A stretch of DNA of 64,000 nucleotides from Planctomycetota bacterium (GCA_028281445.1 JANQJW010000007.1:92694-156693); one strand, 5' to 3'. Shown: positions 17,602 through 28,171, numbered from the stretch's first letter. Made by a program: numbers and translations. The notes: generated by a model from the sequence alone, not told the origin.

Positions 17602-19500
17602 CTAGCGAATGATGTAGGTCGGGTGCTGCGCCAGCATCCAGAGGATGCCGCGCACGCGGTCTTCGATTTCGTTCACGTCGTCGACCGGATCCAGCTGCTC
17701 GAAGGGCGACGGCGTGACGTTGCCCTGGTTGTCTCGCTGGGTGTCCAGGTAGTTCATCGCCTCGGCGATCTCGGCAGCCGAGAGCTGGATGTTGAGACGC
17801 TCGACGAGCGCTGCAACGGCCGTGTCCGACGTACCGGGAATCGCGGGCAACAGGTCGCGGGCGAAGATGTTCAGGTTGCCCTGGATGTTCTGCGCCTGCT
17901 CGGTCAGGTAGTTCAGCGTGTTCGCGCGGTCGACCATGCCTTGGCCCGAGAGCCACTGCGTGCCGCCCGGCCAGCCGTCGACGCCCGGAGGCTGCGTCGG
18001 CCTGTGGCCCATCGTGTTGAGCGCGTTGTCGATCACGGCGGGATCGCCCGTGAGGTTCGTCGCGCGCACGAAGCCGAGGATGTGCTCGGTCGGGCCCTTG
18101 ACGATGCCCTTGCGGGCCAGCGCCGAGAAGAAGGCCTCCGACTGGAAGATCTTCATGAGGACCGGCTTGAGCTCCCAGTTGCCGTCGCGCAGGTCGTCGG
18201 CGAGCTCGTTGACCACGTTCTGCGGCGGATCGTCATAGACGAAGTAGCGCAGGAGCGAGCGAGCGATCCACTGGCCGACCCGGCTGTGGCCGGTGCCCGC
18301 CTCGGTGTGGGCGAACGTGATGTCGGCGACCTGGTCGAACTCGTGCACCTCGCCGGCGCCGTTCTGCTGGGCGGGGATCGTCTGGCCGAGAATCGTCTTC
18401 TCTTCGTCGTCGTGACGGTTGACGTCGAACTCGATGAAGTCCTTGCCCGTGTTGGGGTCGTTGCGGTTGCGGAAGCCCGTGAACGCGCGCGACGCCTCGA
18501 TGATGTCCTGCTGGGTGTAGTCGATGTCGACGCCGAAGGCGAAGAGCTCGAACCACTCGCGACCGAAGTTCTCGTTGATGTTGCCGTCGCGGTTCAGGAT
18601 GTTGTCGAGGAAGACGAGCATGGCCGGCTGCAGCGCCATGTCGAGCATGAGCTGCTTGAGGTTGCCCGCGCCGTCGTGGCGGAACAGGTTGACGTAGTCC
18701 TTGAAGTAGTGGAGCGAGTCGTCACCCGTGTTGTCACGGAGAACCTGCGTATTCGCGGCGAAGTGCTCGAGCCAGTGGAAGGCCAGCATCTCCTGGAACG
18801 GGTTGAGGTTGACCATGATCATGTACAACCACCAGCGGGCGAGATCGTTCTGGCTCGGGAAGTCGCCGTTGGGGTCGTTCTGCGCGTCGATCAGGTAGAT
18901 CGTCGCCGCGTCGTTCTCGAGCTGCGTCGTGTCGGCGAAGGTCGTCATCGCATCGACGTACTGCGCGAGGCCCAACTGGCCGAGCGCGTCGTAGTGCGCC
19001 TGACTGAAGCCGAAGTGCGTGCGATCGAGGAAGTGACGCAGGTCGGCGCCCGTCGGGTTCGCCTTGGCGAGCAGCGACTTCGACTCATGCCACAGGACCT
19101 CGATGTTGACCGTCGCCTCCGCCTGGCCGCCGTTGTTTGCCGCCGTGACCGTGAAGTCGGTCGACGGCATCGGCGCCGTGCACATGCCGGAGATCTGGCC
19201 CGTGCTCTGGTTGAGCGTCAAGCCGGCCGGCAGGTTCGGGGTGATCGAATACGTGTCGACCGCACCGCCGCTGGACGAGGGGACGTTGGGAGTGATCTGG
19301 GTGTCGGTCCGGTAGACCGCGGGCGAGCTGCTGTAGCTCAGATTCGTGGGAGCGGTGTCTCCACCGCCGCCGCCTCCGTCGCCGGTTCCCCCTGTGCCGC
19401 AAGCGGACAGAGCGAGAAGCGCCGGAATGGCGAAAGCGACCCAGGCGACGTTCGTCCAATGAGACGAACGGGGTCGCAGTCGACGCGTGATGGCAAGCAT
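17602..19500 (-). CDS. DUF1800 family protein with N-terminal lipoprotein signal and putative-Ig domain
   Basis: The ORF track gives 17602..19689, but AGGAGG sits 5 nt upstream of the internal ATG at 19498-19500, which begins 'MLAITRRLRP...ALLALSACG'. The region upstream of that is junk. DUF1800 motifs 'FHWLEHFA' and 'WFELFAFGVD' are present. Confidence 0.8.
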   Translation of the reverse strand: MLAITRRLRPRSSHWTNVAWVAFAIPALLALSACGTGGTGDGGGGGGDTAPTNLSYSSSPAVYRTDTQITPNVPSSSGGAVDTYSITPNLPAGLTLNQSTGQISGMCTAPMPSTDFTVTAANNGGQAEATVNIEVLWHESKSLLAKANPTGADLRHFLDRTHFGFSQAHYDALGQLGLAQYVDAMTTFADTTQLENDAATIYLIDAQNDPNGDFPSQNDLARWWLYMIMVNLNPFQEMLAFHWLEHFAANTQVLRDNTGDDSLHYFKDYVNLFRHDGAGNLKQLMLDMALQPAMLVFLDNILNRDGNINENFGREWFELFAFGVDIDYTQQDIIEASRAFTGFRNRNDPNTGKDFIEFDVNRHDDEEKTILGQTIPAQQNGAGEVHEFDQVADITFAHTEAGTGHSRVGQWIARSLLRYFVYDDPPQNVVNELADDLRDGNWELKPVLMKIFQSEAFFSALARKGIVKGPTEHILGFVRATNLTGDPAVIDNALNTMGHRPTQPPGVDGWPGGTQWLSGQGMVDRANTLNYLTEQAQNIQGNLNIFARDLLPAIPGTSDTAVAALVERLNIQLSAAEIAEAMNYLDTQRDNQGNVTPSPFEQLDPVDDVNEIEDRVRGILWMLAQHPTYIIR

Positions 19501-19937
19501 CCATGCCTCCTGGTTGGGACGGGAGGCTGTGCGGCCCCCCTGGTCATGCTCGGACTGGCTGTGTCTCTGCGAGGGCGGAGCCGGGCGTGGCGCGCGTGGT
19601 CCAGCCTCCGTCCAAGTCCGGCAAACCTCGGGCCCCTGGCGTAGCCCTCCGTTGGTGTGCCATTCTCGTCTAGCTGTACCCGCCTTCAACCGGACAGGTT
19701 TCCCTACGTTTTCCCGGTTTTCGTAAGGCGTGCTTTACAGGCGCCCATTTCTTCAAGTTGGCGCTTCGCGTGACGCAGCGTGTGCCGAAGTCTCCTGTCC
19801 TTCGCCACGTCCCTTGGATCGCAGGTCCTTGTCGGCACAGTACCGCAGCCTGCTGTGGGCAAAACCCTGCGGTATGGACTTCGTTAAGCCCGCGAGGCAG
19901 GAAACCGGCGGCCCGTCGGGGCTAAGCTCTGCCGACC

Positions 19938-21362
19938 ATGAGCCCGGAAGCCGCCCAGACCCCGAACTCGACGGATCGGCGCGCCGCCTTGGAAGCGCGT
20001 CGGGCGCGCGTGCTTGCGACGTGGCAGGGCCCCGATGGGGGCCTCGACGACGGCTTCGTCGTGATTCCGTCCGGGCTCGTCCTGCCCGTCGAAGGGTCGG
20101 ATCAGCACTACGGCTTCCGCGCGCACGACGATCACTACTACCTGGGGGGCTGCCGCAGCCCGGCCCAGGTGCTCGCATGCGATCCCACCGACGGTGGCTG
20201 GACGTTGTTCGCGTTCGTGCCATCGCAGGACGATCGGGTGTGGCACGGCGATCTGCCGCCTATCGAGGACCAAGCGGCTGCCGTCGGCATCGACAGCGTG
20301 AGGCCCGCCGGCGAGCTCGGCGCGTGGCTGGATGCACGCGGCGGGCGTCCCGCGGCGCTGCTCGGCAGCTTCGATCTGCTCGAGCGGCCCGCCGGCTACG
20401 GGCTGCACCCGGAACGCGTCGCCGCATTGAACCTCGATTGCGACCTCTCCGATCGCCTTGCGGCGCAGGTGATCGGCGCGCGCCGCATCAAGGACGAGAT
20501 CGAGCTGGCACTCATGCGCGCGGCGGCCGCGGCCTCGGCGGCCGGCCATCGCGCCGGGATGCAGGCAACCCGGCCGGGACTCACCGAGCGCGAGCTCGCC
20601 GTCGAGATCGAAACGGGCTTCCGCCGCGCGGGGGCGGAGCGGCCGGCGTATCACTCCATTGCGGTCGCGGGAGAAAGCTGCGCGACGCTGCATGCCACCC
20701 CCGGCGCGTACGCGATGCAGGCAGGCGACCTCGTGCTCGTCGACGCCGGCGCCGAGGTGGACGGTTATGACAGCGACGTCACGCGCATATGGCCCGTGTC
20801 GCCGGCGTTCTCGGCGGAGCAGCGCGCGATCTACGAGATCGTGCTCGATGCGCAGAAGCGGGCGGTCGATGGCGCGCAAGCCGGCGTCGAGTTCCGCGAA
20901 CTGCACATGCAGACCTGCGTACGGCTCGCACAAGGCTTGGTCGACTTCGGTCTCTTGCGCGGCAACGCCGAGGACCTCGTCGCGCAGGACGCCCACGCCG
21001 TGTTCTTCCCGCACGGACTGGGACACCTGATCGGCCTGGCGACGCACGATGTGGGCGGCTGGCCCGAGGGACGGGAGCGCAGCGAGCGACCGGGCTTGAA
21101 GTACCTGCGCATCGACCTGCCGCTGGAAGAGGGCTACGTCGTCACGATCGAACCCGGCGTCTACTTCGTCCGCGCGCTCATCGAAGACGACGCGCTTCGT
21201 GCGCAGCACGCGGACACGGTCAACTGGGAGATGGCTGACGCGATGAAGAGCTTCGGCGGCGTGCGGATCGAGGACGACGTCGTCATCCACAACGGGATGC
21301 CGGAGGTCTTGACGGCCGACATCCCGAAGGAGATCGATGCCGTCGAGGCGCTGCGCGCCTGA
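19938..21362 (+). CDS. Xaa-Pro aminopeptidase (M24B family)
   Basis: 474 aa with the M24 pita-bread metal ligands 'DAGAEVDGYDSDVTR', 'HGLGHLIG' and 'VVTIEPGVY', plus an AMP_N-like N-terminal domain. Confidence 0.85.
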   Translation: MSPEAAQTPNSTDRRAALEARRARVLATWQGPDGGLDDGFVVIPSGLVLPVEGSDQHYGFRAHDDHYYLGGCRSPAQVLACDPTDGGWTLFAFVPSQDDRVWHGDLPPIEDQAAAVGIDSVRPAGELGAWLDARGGRPAALLGSFDLLERPAGYGLHPERVAALNLDCDLSDRLAAQVIGARRIKDEIELALMRAAAAASAAGHRAGMQATRPGLTERELAVEIETGFRRAGAERPAYHSIAVAGESCATLHATPGAYAMQAGDLVLVDAGAEVDGYDSDVTRIWPVSPAFSAEQRAIYEIVLDAQKRAVDGAQAGVEFRELHMQTCVRLAQGLVDFGLLRGNAEDLVAQDAHAVFFPHGLGHLIGLATHDVGGWPEGRERSERPGLKYLRIDLPLEEGYVVTIEPGVYFVRALIEDDALRAQHADTVNWEMADAMKSFGGVRIEDDVVIHNGMPEVLTADIPKEIDAVEALRA

Positions 21363-21399
21363 GACAACCGTGGGGCGGCAGCGGCGGCAAGCGTCGGGC

Positions 21400-22362
21400 T
21401 CAGGGAGAAACGACTGTTGCGCCGGTCGTGTCGACGACCGTCTCTTCGGAGCTGCCGGAGACGAAGATGTCGATGCCGTCAGGAATCGGTTGCGCATCGG
21501 GGCCGAACTGCTCCTGGAACATCTCGGGCGGCACGTGATCCCAGGCGTTGTTGCGGGCCGCGACCTGCGTCCCGGCGATGACCCAGAGGTCGATCTCGTT
21601 GCCCGCGATCTCGTTCACACCAACGCCGCCTGCTGCACCGCCGCCGAGGTCCAGGCTGTCGGGCGCGACGGCGACCCAGGCACTGATGCCGTGCTTGTTG
21701 TCACGCACGACGTTGTGCTCCAACAGGTGAGCCGGTCCGCTCGCGTTCCCGATCTGGATTCCGGTCCGGTGCCCGCGGACGACGCAGTCACGGATCACGC
21801 AACCGGTATCGCTGGTGACCAATACGCCAATCGTGCTTTCTCCGAACGACGTATCGGGCCCGGGGCCTTCGATCGTGCACGAGGTGAGGCTCATGCGGTC
21901 GTCCGCTTCGACGATCACGCCAAGTCCGCGCGCCCCGCCCTTCGAGAGGAAGAACCCTGAAACCGTCACGTCTGTGCCAAGGCGCAGCGTGGCGTTGTTG
22001 CCCTCGGGTACGAACGGGATCTGGCCGGAGCCTACGATCTCCGTTGTCGGCGGACCGAGTCCCCGCGTCGCCGCATCACCGAGCAGCGCCACGTTGTTCG
22101 GCACGTACAGCGGGAAGCTCTCTCCGACGCTTGCGTCGTAGCGGCCGGGCGCGACGAGGACCGTACCGCCCTCCTCTGTGAGCAGCCTGCTCAACGCTCG
22201 GGAGATCGTTCGGAGCGGCGCGTCCGCGGTTCCCGGGTTCTCGTCGGACCCGGTCGCGGCGTTCACATGCAGCATCGTCAAGAGGCTCTCGCGCGTGGCG
22301 GTCCCCGTGCCGCACGCGGCGGCGAGGAAGAGGGCAAGCACGGACATGGCACAGCGCGGCAT
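21400..22362 (-). CDS. right-handed parallel beta-helix (DUF1565-like) lipoprotein
   Basis: 320 aa with lipobox 'LAAACGTG' and the 'NPGT...PL.TI..AL' pectate-lyase-fold N-terminus. It is co-directional and 57 nt downstream of the Ser/Thr kinase gene, and paralogous to 28172..29119. Confidence 0.7.
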   Translation of the reverse strand: MPRCAMSVLALFLAAACGTGTATRESLLTMLHVNAATGSDENPGTADAPLRTISRALSRLLTEEGGTVLVAPGRYDASVGESFPLYVPNNVALLGDAATRGLGPPTTEIVGSGQIPFVPEGNNATLRLGTDVTVSGFFLSKGGARGLGVIVEADDRMSLTSCTIEGPGPDTSFGESTIGVLVTSDTGCVIRDCVVRGHRTGIQIGNASGPAHLLEHNVVRDNKHGISAWVAVAPDSLDLGGGAAGGVGVNEIAGNEIDLWVIAGTQVAARNNAWDHVPPEMFQEQFGPDAQPIPDGIDIFVSGSSEETVVDTTGATVVSP

Positions 22363-22419
22363 AGCGAGTCTCCGGGAACACCTCTTCAGGCGCTACCCGG
22401 TCGGCCGGCGTGCCATCTC

Positions 22420-25400
22420 CTATGTGCTCCGTTCCTCCCAGGCCGCTTGGATCGCTGCATGGACCGGAACGCTCGCGAGCATGCCCGGCCGATGCTCGGG
22501 CGCCGCGTGCGCAAGGGCGAACGAGAGCAGTCGATGAGCCTCCTCGAGGTGAGCGGCCTCTCCCGTCAGCTCCCAGAGGCGCAGGCGCACCTCCAGCTTC
22601 GTGCTCAGGTCGGCACGGTCCTCGTAGGCGTCGAGTGCGTCCACCAGCTCGGCGGTGCGTTCCGGCGCGAGGGATGCGCGCAGTGCCAGGGCAACCAGGA
22701 TCGACCGCGGCCTTTCGTGCTCGTTGGCGACGGCCAGCGCTTCGTCGAGGAGCATCTGCGCCTCGTCGCGGTTACGACGTGCGAGGGCGACGCGTGCCAA
22801 CCCTGACAACGAGTCCGCCACGAAGGCGTCGCGCAGCCCCCGGCGCAGCTCGAGTGCTTGCTCATGCTGCTGCCCGGCGCGATCGAGCGCACCCTCGTCG
22901 GTGGCCATCAGGCCCAGCCGGTACAGTGCATTGCTCTGCTGTTTGGGATCGCCGATCTCGCGCGCGATCGCCAACTGCTCTTCGATCGCAGCACGCGCCT
23001 CGTCGTAGCGCCCCTGCATCTGGAGCACGTCGCCCAGGTTGCCCATGGCGCGCGCCTGTGCTGCGCGGTCGCCGATCTCGCGGTCGAAGCTGCGCTGGCG
23101 CTCGACGCTGGCGTGCGCGTCTTCGACGTGCCCCTGCTCCAGCAGCACCTGCACGAGGTTGCCGTGCGCCGCGGCTTCGCCCGTGCGGTCTCCGGTCTCT
23201 GCGGCCAGCCGCGCCCACGCTTCGAGCTGCTCCTGCGCTTCTTCCAGCCGACCCATGCCCCATAGCACCATTCCGAGGTTGCCCGTCGCGACCACCTCGC
23301 CCGGGCGGTATCCGATGGCGCGCGACAACTCCAGGCCGCGCTCCACGTGCGGATGGGCTTCCTGCCGGTGCCCGCGTGCGAGCAAGGCAAAGCTCACAGC
23401 ACCGAGCGCCTGGATTTCCAGCGTCGGATCGTCGTAAGCCTCCACCTGTTCGAGGATGTGTCGGATGTGCGCGTCTCCCTCTGTGTGCCGGCCGAGCCTC
23501 GTCAGCGCAGCGATCACGAACCGCTCGGAACGAATCTGCCCCGGCACGTCTCCAAGGGTGCGCGCGGCGGCGAGGTGGTGCTTGGCCAGGCTCTGCGCTT
23601 CTTCGTAACGCCCCTGGAAGAACGCGACCGCGCCGAGGTTGCCCGTGGCCTCGGCTTCCGCACTGCCATCTTCCGTGTCCCGGGCGAGTGCGAGGCAGCG
23701 CTCGAAGCGCTCCTGGGCGACAGCGTAGTTGCCCGTGGCCAGCGCAAGGGCCGCGCGCTCTCGCTCGATGCGCAGCTGCGCCGATGCATCGTCCGTAGTC
23801 ACGCACGCGGCCGCTTCCGCGAGAACCGGCTGCTGCTCGGCGCGCGCGCCCTGCGTCTCCAACAGGCGGTTCTTCTCGAGAAGCGCGTCGAGGCGTGCAG
23901 CGCCGTCGAGCAGTCCCGGTGCGGCAAGCGCCGTGTCGAGTAGGTCGACGGCCTGTGCGCTGCGCGCGTGCGCACGGAGGTGGGCCAAGGCCGCGGGGAG
24001 ATGGGCGAGTGCCCGGTCGCCGAGGCCACCTGCGAGCGAGTGCAGGCAAAGCGCTACGGCCCGGCCGCCATCGATTGTCGCCTCCGGCTTCATGGCCTGC
24101 AGCGCTTCCGCGATTGCAGCGTGGTAGCGAACCCTCAATGGCTCCAGCAGTCGGTCGTACAGCGACTCCTGGACCTGGTGATGGTCGAAGACGAGCTCCT
24201 GCCCGGCAGACCGCACAAGGCGGTGCCGGTTCTCGATCCGTCCGAGGATCCGGAGAGCAGGGATGGGGTCCAGGTCGAGTGCCGCCGACACGAGCTCGGG
24301 ATCGAACCGGAACCCGATGCAGGAGGCGACATCCAGCAGCTCGCGCTCCTCGTCGGACAAGTCGCCGAGGCGCGCCTGGATCAGGTCCGTCACGGTTGAC
24401 GGCACCTGGATCTCCTCGATCACGCTGGTGCGGAACCAGGTCCCGTCGGGCTTGCGACGGATGAGTTGGCCTTCCCGCAAACCCCGGATGATCTCGAACG
24501 CGAAGAAGGGATTGCCGTCGCTCTTGTGCGCGATGCGGAAGCCGAGCTCCTCCGCGAGGCGTTCGGACTGAAACGCGTCCACCAGCAGGCGCGTGAGGTC
24601 CTTCGGACCCAGGCGGCCGAGGGGTATGTGCGACGTGTGATCCAGTCGCGTGAGACCTGCGATCCACGAGGCAGGGACGCCCGGCCGCAGCGTGCCGATC
24701 AGCAGGACCGGATGGCTCGGCACGGCAGCGGCGAGTTGGGCGAACAACGAGCGCGAGTCCTCCGACGCGAAATGCAGATCATCGATCAGCACGACCAGCG
24801 GTCTTTCCGCTGCCAGCGTGCGCGTGGCGTGAATGAAGCACGTGCCGAGGGAGTCGTGCGTCAGCGCTACGGCCCGGTCGGGCGCCGGCTGACCGCGCAA
24901 GAGGGCGTCGAAGGCCGGCGCGAGCAGCGGCGCCTGCTCCAGGTAGGCGGACGCATCCTCTCCGCCGAAGTGCGCGGCGTAGGCCTCGACGAATGCCTCC
25001 GCCGAGGTAGACCCGCCGCCGGGTGCGTGCGCGCCGAACAGGAAGTCGACATCGCTGCCGTCGACACGGAGTCCCGCGACGAACTCGTCGACGAGGCGCG
25101 TCTTGCCGATGCCCGCTTCGCCCTCGATCAACACCACCCGGCCCGCGCCCTTCGACGTGGCTTCGAATAGCTCGCGCAGCCGGCCCAGTTCCGCGGCGCG
25201 CCCGCAGAGTCTCGTTTCGCGCGGGATGCGCATCCTTCGCAACGGGCGGCGCGTCTCCGCGCGCACGCGCCGGGCGTGCGCCCGCCACCACGTGCCCTCC
25301 TCGCCGTCTGCCAGCGCATCTGCCAGTGCATCGGCGGATCCGAAGCGCGCATCCGGCTCCTGCTCGAGCAGCGTGTGCACGAGTGCCTCGTAAAAGGGCG

Positions 25401-26424
25401 AGAGCTGGGGATTGACGTCGCCGACCGGGCGCGGCGTACCGTCCAGGATCTTGCGCATGACACGCCGCGCGTCATCCGCGCGGTGGGGGTGCATGCCCGT
25501 GGCGAGCTCGTAGAGCACGACGCCGAGCGCGTACAGGTCCGTGCGACGGTCCGTGGCGTCGCGTTTCGTCTCGAACTGCTCCGGCGCGGCGTACTCGATC
25601 GAGCCGGCGAAGCGTCCGTCTTGTGACAAGCGCCGCACCTCGTCTTGAAGCTGCGCCACGCCCAGGTCCATGACCTTCACGACGTGGTCCTGTGTGATCA
25701 GGAGGTTCTCCGGCTTCACGTCGCGATGGACGGCACCTGCGGAATGGATGGCCGCTAGGCCGAGCGCGACCTCACGCCCGATCCGGCGGCACAGCTCCTC
25801 GGGTACACGGCGTACGTCGTCCAGCAACTCGCGCAGCGTCTGTCCCTCGACGTGCTCCATGACGAGGAAGTGGTGCTGCTTGCCGTCCCGCGCCACCGCG
25901 TCGCAGTCCAGCGTCCGCACGACGTTGGGATGTTCGATCTCGCGGCCGACCTGTGCCTCCTGCAGGAAGCGCTTGAAGAACCCCTCCGTCTCCATCAGAT
26001 GCGAATGGACCACCTTCAGCGCGACGCGGGTCCCTGCTTCGATTCCTGCCGTCGGGCGCGTGCACTCCGCCCGGTAGACCGTTCCCATGCCGCCTGAGCC
26101 CAGCTCGGCATCGAGTCGAAACGCCGTGAGCTCGTCCCCGGGCGAGAGCCCGGTGTCGGCGTCCTCGACGAGGGCGCCCCGGATCGCGTTCCACAGGGTC
26201 CGTCGTCCGACGGCCGCGTCCGACGCGCCGTCGCCTGTCGTCTCCGACGCCGTGGCCAGGAACGAGCCGGCTTCGTCGTGGGCCGCGAGCAGCTGCTGCA
26301 CGCGCGCGCGCAACGCCGGGTTCGCTTCGCAGCGTTCGGCGAGGAATCCATCGCGCGCTTCCGTATCGAGTTCGAGCGCCTCGACGAACAGGGCCTTGGC
26401 CTGGCGTTCCGCTCCCTCCGTCAT
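22420..26424 (-). CDS. serine/threonine protein kinase fused to AAA/NACHT-like ATPase and TPR repeats
   Basis: 1334 aa with a Hanks kinase ('GSGGMGTVYRA', 'HRDVKPENLL', 'DLGVA', 'APEQ'), then P-loop 'GEAGIGKTRL', then a long TPR region. Confidence 0.9.
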   Translation of the reverse strand: MTEGAERQAKALFVEALELDTEARDGFLAERCEANPALRARVQQLLAAHDEAGSFLATASETTGDGASDAAVGRRTLWNAIRGALVEDADTGLSPGDELTAFRLDAELGSGGMGTVYRAECTRPTAGIEAGTRVALKVVHSHLMETEGFFKRFLQEAQVGREIEHPNVVRTLDCDAVARDGKQHHFLVMEHVEGQTLRELLDDVRRVPEELCRRIGREVALGLAAIHSAGAVHRDVKPENLLITQDHVVKVMDLGVAQLQDEVRRLSQDGRFAGSIEYAAPEQFETKRDATDRRTDLYALGVVLYELATGMHPHRADDARRVMRKILDGTPRPVGDVNPQLSPFYEALVHTLLEQEPDARFGSADALADALADGEEGTWWRAHARRVRAETRRPLRRMRIPRETRLCGRAAELGRLRELFEATSKGAGRVVLIEGEAGIGKTRLVDEFVAGLRVDGSDVDFLFGAHAPGGGSTSAEAFVEAYAAHFGGEDASAYLEQAPLLAPAFDALLRGQPAPDRAVALTHDSLGTCFIHATRTLAAERPLVVLIDDLHFASEDSRSLFAQLAAAVPSHPVLLIGTLRPGVPASWIAGLTRLDHTSHIPLGRLGPKDLTRLLVDAFQSERLAEELGFRIAHKSDGNPFFAFEIIRGLREGQLIRRKPDGTWFRTSVIEEIQVPSTVTDLIQARLGDLSDEERELLDVASCIGFRFDPELVSAALDLDPIPALRILGRIENRHRLVRSAGQELVFDHHQVQESLYDRLLEPLRVRYHAAIAEALQAMKPEATIDGGRAVALCLHSLAGGLGDRALAHLPAALAHLRAHARSAQAVDLLDTALAAPGLLDGAARLDALLEKNRLLETQGARAEQQPVLAEAAACVTTDDASAQLRIERERAALALATGNYAVAQERFERCLALARDTEDGSAEAEATGNLGAVAFFQGRYEEAQSLAKHHLAAARTLGDVPGQIRSERFVIAALTRLGRHTEGDAHIRHILEQVEAYDDPTLEIQALGAVSFALLARGHRQEAHPHVERGLELSRAIGYRPGEVVATGNLGMVLWGMGRLEEAQEQLEAWARLAAETGDRTGEAAAHGNLVQVLLEQGHVEDAHASVERQRSFDREIGDRAAQARAMGNLGDVLQMQGRYDEARAAIEEQLAIAREIGDPKQQSNALYRLGLMATDEGALDRAGQQHEQALELRRGLRDAFVADSLSGLARVALARRNRDEAQMLLDEALAVANEHERPRSILVALALRASLAPERTAELVDALDAYEDRADLSTKLEVRLRLWELTGEAAHLEEAHRLLSFALAHAAPEHRPGMLASVPVHAAIQAAWEERST

Positions 26425-26428
26425 GGAA

Positions 26429-26965
26429 TCAGGCGTCCTCTGCTCCGAGTCGGTCGTAGAGCCAGGCCCGCGCCCACGCCCATTCCCGCATCACGGTCCG
26501 GAGCGAGCAGCCGAGCAGCTCCGCGACCTGGGCCGTCTCGAGCCCCGCGAAGAAGCGCAGCCGGACGATCTCCGCGGCGCGTGCGTCCACTTCTTCCAGG
26601 CGCTCGATGGCGTCGTCGACTGCCAGAAGCATCTCCGGATCTTCCTCCGCGGCCAGATCGAGTCGCGTGATGCCGATGCGCTTGCGGTCGCCTCCGCGCT
26701 TCTTGCGTCCGCGCGCCCGGGCGTGGTCGATCAGGATCTCGCGCATCACGCGCGCCGCGGCGAAGAAGAAGTGCGCGCGGTCCACGCGTTCGGGGCCCAT
26801 GCCGGCCTTGTCCAGTCGCAACCACGCTTCGTGTACGAGGGCCGTTGCCTGGAGCGTGTGCGCTGTACGTTCCCGACCCATCTGCTTGCGCGCGATCTGG
26901 CGCAGCTCGGCGTAGATGTGGCCGAAGAGGTCGTCGGAGGCGGGAACAGGAGTCGAGCCAGGCAT
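26429..26965 (-). CDS. ECF-type RNA polymerase sigma factor (kinase-associated, TIGR02999-like)
   Basis: The C-terminal about 178 aa of ORF 26429..27286 begin 'MPGSTPVPASDDLFGHIYAELRQIARKQM...' and end with the sigma-4 HTH 'LETAQVAELLGCSLRTVMREW'. The stop lies 4 nt before the kinase start. Confidence 0.75.
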   Translation of the reverse strand: MPGSTPVPASDDLFGHIYAELRQIARKQMGRERTAHTLQATALVHEAWLRLDKAGMGPERVDRAHFFFAAARVMREILIDHARARGRKKRGGDRKRIGITRLDLAAEEDPEMLLAVDDAIERLEEVDARAAEIVRLRFFAGLETAQVAELLGCSLRTVMREWAWARAWLYDRLGAEDA

Positions 26966-27026
26966 CGACCCGATTCTAGGCACCGGCGATTCGCGTGGCA
27001 CGTGCTCCCGCCCGTTGACGCCTGGG

Positions 27027-28160
27027 ATGGCGATGGCACGCAGAGCGCTTCCTGTCCTGATCGTGGTCCTGCTCGGCCTGTCCGCGTTCCATGCAGCCGG
27101 TTGCGGCAACAGCGGGCCGGCGACGACGGACGCCGAAGGGGTCGACCTGCGCCCTCTGTTTGCCGGTACGTACTGTGCCTTCTCGTTCCAGGGCACTGCG
27201 GTCTCCGGGCAGACCTCGGTCGTGACGGGATGGTCCACGATGACCGCGGATGCGGCGGGCGGCGTCACAAGCACCGGGGCGTTCAACGACGACGGTACGG
27301 TGATCGGTCCCGTGCCGCCTGCGCCTGCGACCTACACGGTCGACGCCGCACGCACGCTGGACCTGGTCGTGCAAGGGGTCGCCACCCAGCGCGGCCGGAT
27401 CTCGGCCGACGGGGCTTTGGCTTGTCTTGGCGCGATCCGCAGCGGGCTCTCCCCGAGCATCTCGATCCTGGGGCGCAAGCAGGGCGGACAAGGCAACAGC
27501 AGCCTGCAGGGGCTGTATCACCTCTGTGCGCTCTTCTTCGATCCGGTGTTGGGCGATACCGGCACCTACTTTGGTACGGCCTCGTTCTTGGGCGCCGGTA
27601 CCGGAACCGCGACGACGCGCAGCAACATCGGCGGCACGATCTCCAACCCTGCTACGACGGCGCTCACGTACACCGTCGCGGGGGACGGGACCGTGACCGG
27701 GACGCTTCTAGGGACGTTCACCTTGCAAGGGGCCGTGTTCGAGGGCGGTGCCTTGGTCGTCTTGTCGGGGGGCACGGTCTTCGGCGAGCCGCCGATCCTC
27801 GTTGTGCTGACGAAGGCCACGGCTGCCGCCTCCAATGCGCTCTTCGTGGGCGACTACACCGTCGTGACCCTCGACGAAGACGACCCACCCAACCCCTCGT
27901 GGGACGGCTTTGTCGCGACCGTCGCAGCGGACGGGTTCGCCGGTATCGACTTCCAGCACTTCATCCTGAACATGGAGGGGGTCATCGCGAGCAGTCCGGG
28001 TGGTTCGCCTGCGTTCATCACCGTCGCGCCGGACGGCTCGCTCTTCACGGGCGCCTCCTCGGACCTGGTGGGCGGCATCACGGCCAATGGGAAGGCTGCC
28101 GTCCTGTGCGGCGGGACCGGCGGCGGCGACGATCGCCAGCTCTGGTTCTTCCTGCGCTGA
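27027..28160 (+). CDS. Gly/Thr-rich hypothetical lipoprotein
   Basis: The internal start 'MAMARRALPVLIVVLLGLSAFHAAGC' is a lipoprotein signal. The ORF-track N-terminal extension overlaps the sigma gene. Low-complexity G/T-rich beta-rich sequence. Confidence 0.5.
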   Translation: MAMARRALPVLIVVLLGLSAFHAAGCGNSGPATTDAEGVDLRPLFAGTYCAFSFQGTAVSGQTSVVTGWSTMTADAAGGVTSTGAFNDDGTVIGPVPPAPATYTVDAARTLDLVVQGVATQRGRISADGALACLGAIRSGLSPSISILGRKQGGQGNSSLQGLYHLCALFFDPVLGDTGTYFGTASFLGAGTGTATTRSNIGGTISNPATTALTYTVAGDGTVTGTLLGTFTLQGAVFEGGALVVLSGGTVFGEPPILVVLTKATAAASNALFVGDYTVVTLDEDDPPNPSWDGFVATVAADGFAGIDFQHFILNMEGVIASSPGGSPAFITVAPDGSLFTGASSDLVGGITANGKAAVLCGGTGGGDDRQLWFFLR

Positions 28161-28171
28161 GGGAGGTACGC

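Noticed and set aside
19501-19937. tRNA or small RNA gene in the long DUF1800-pepP intergenic region
   Set aside because: I saw no cloverleaf-like acceptor and T-arm complementarity or conserved GTTCRANYC motif. I treated it as a promoter or leader region, but this cannot be confirmed without a covariance-model search
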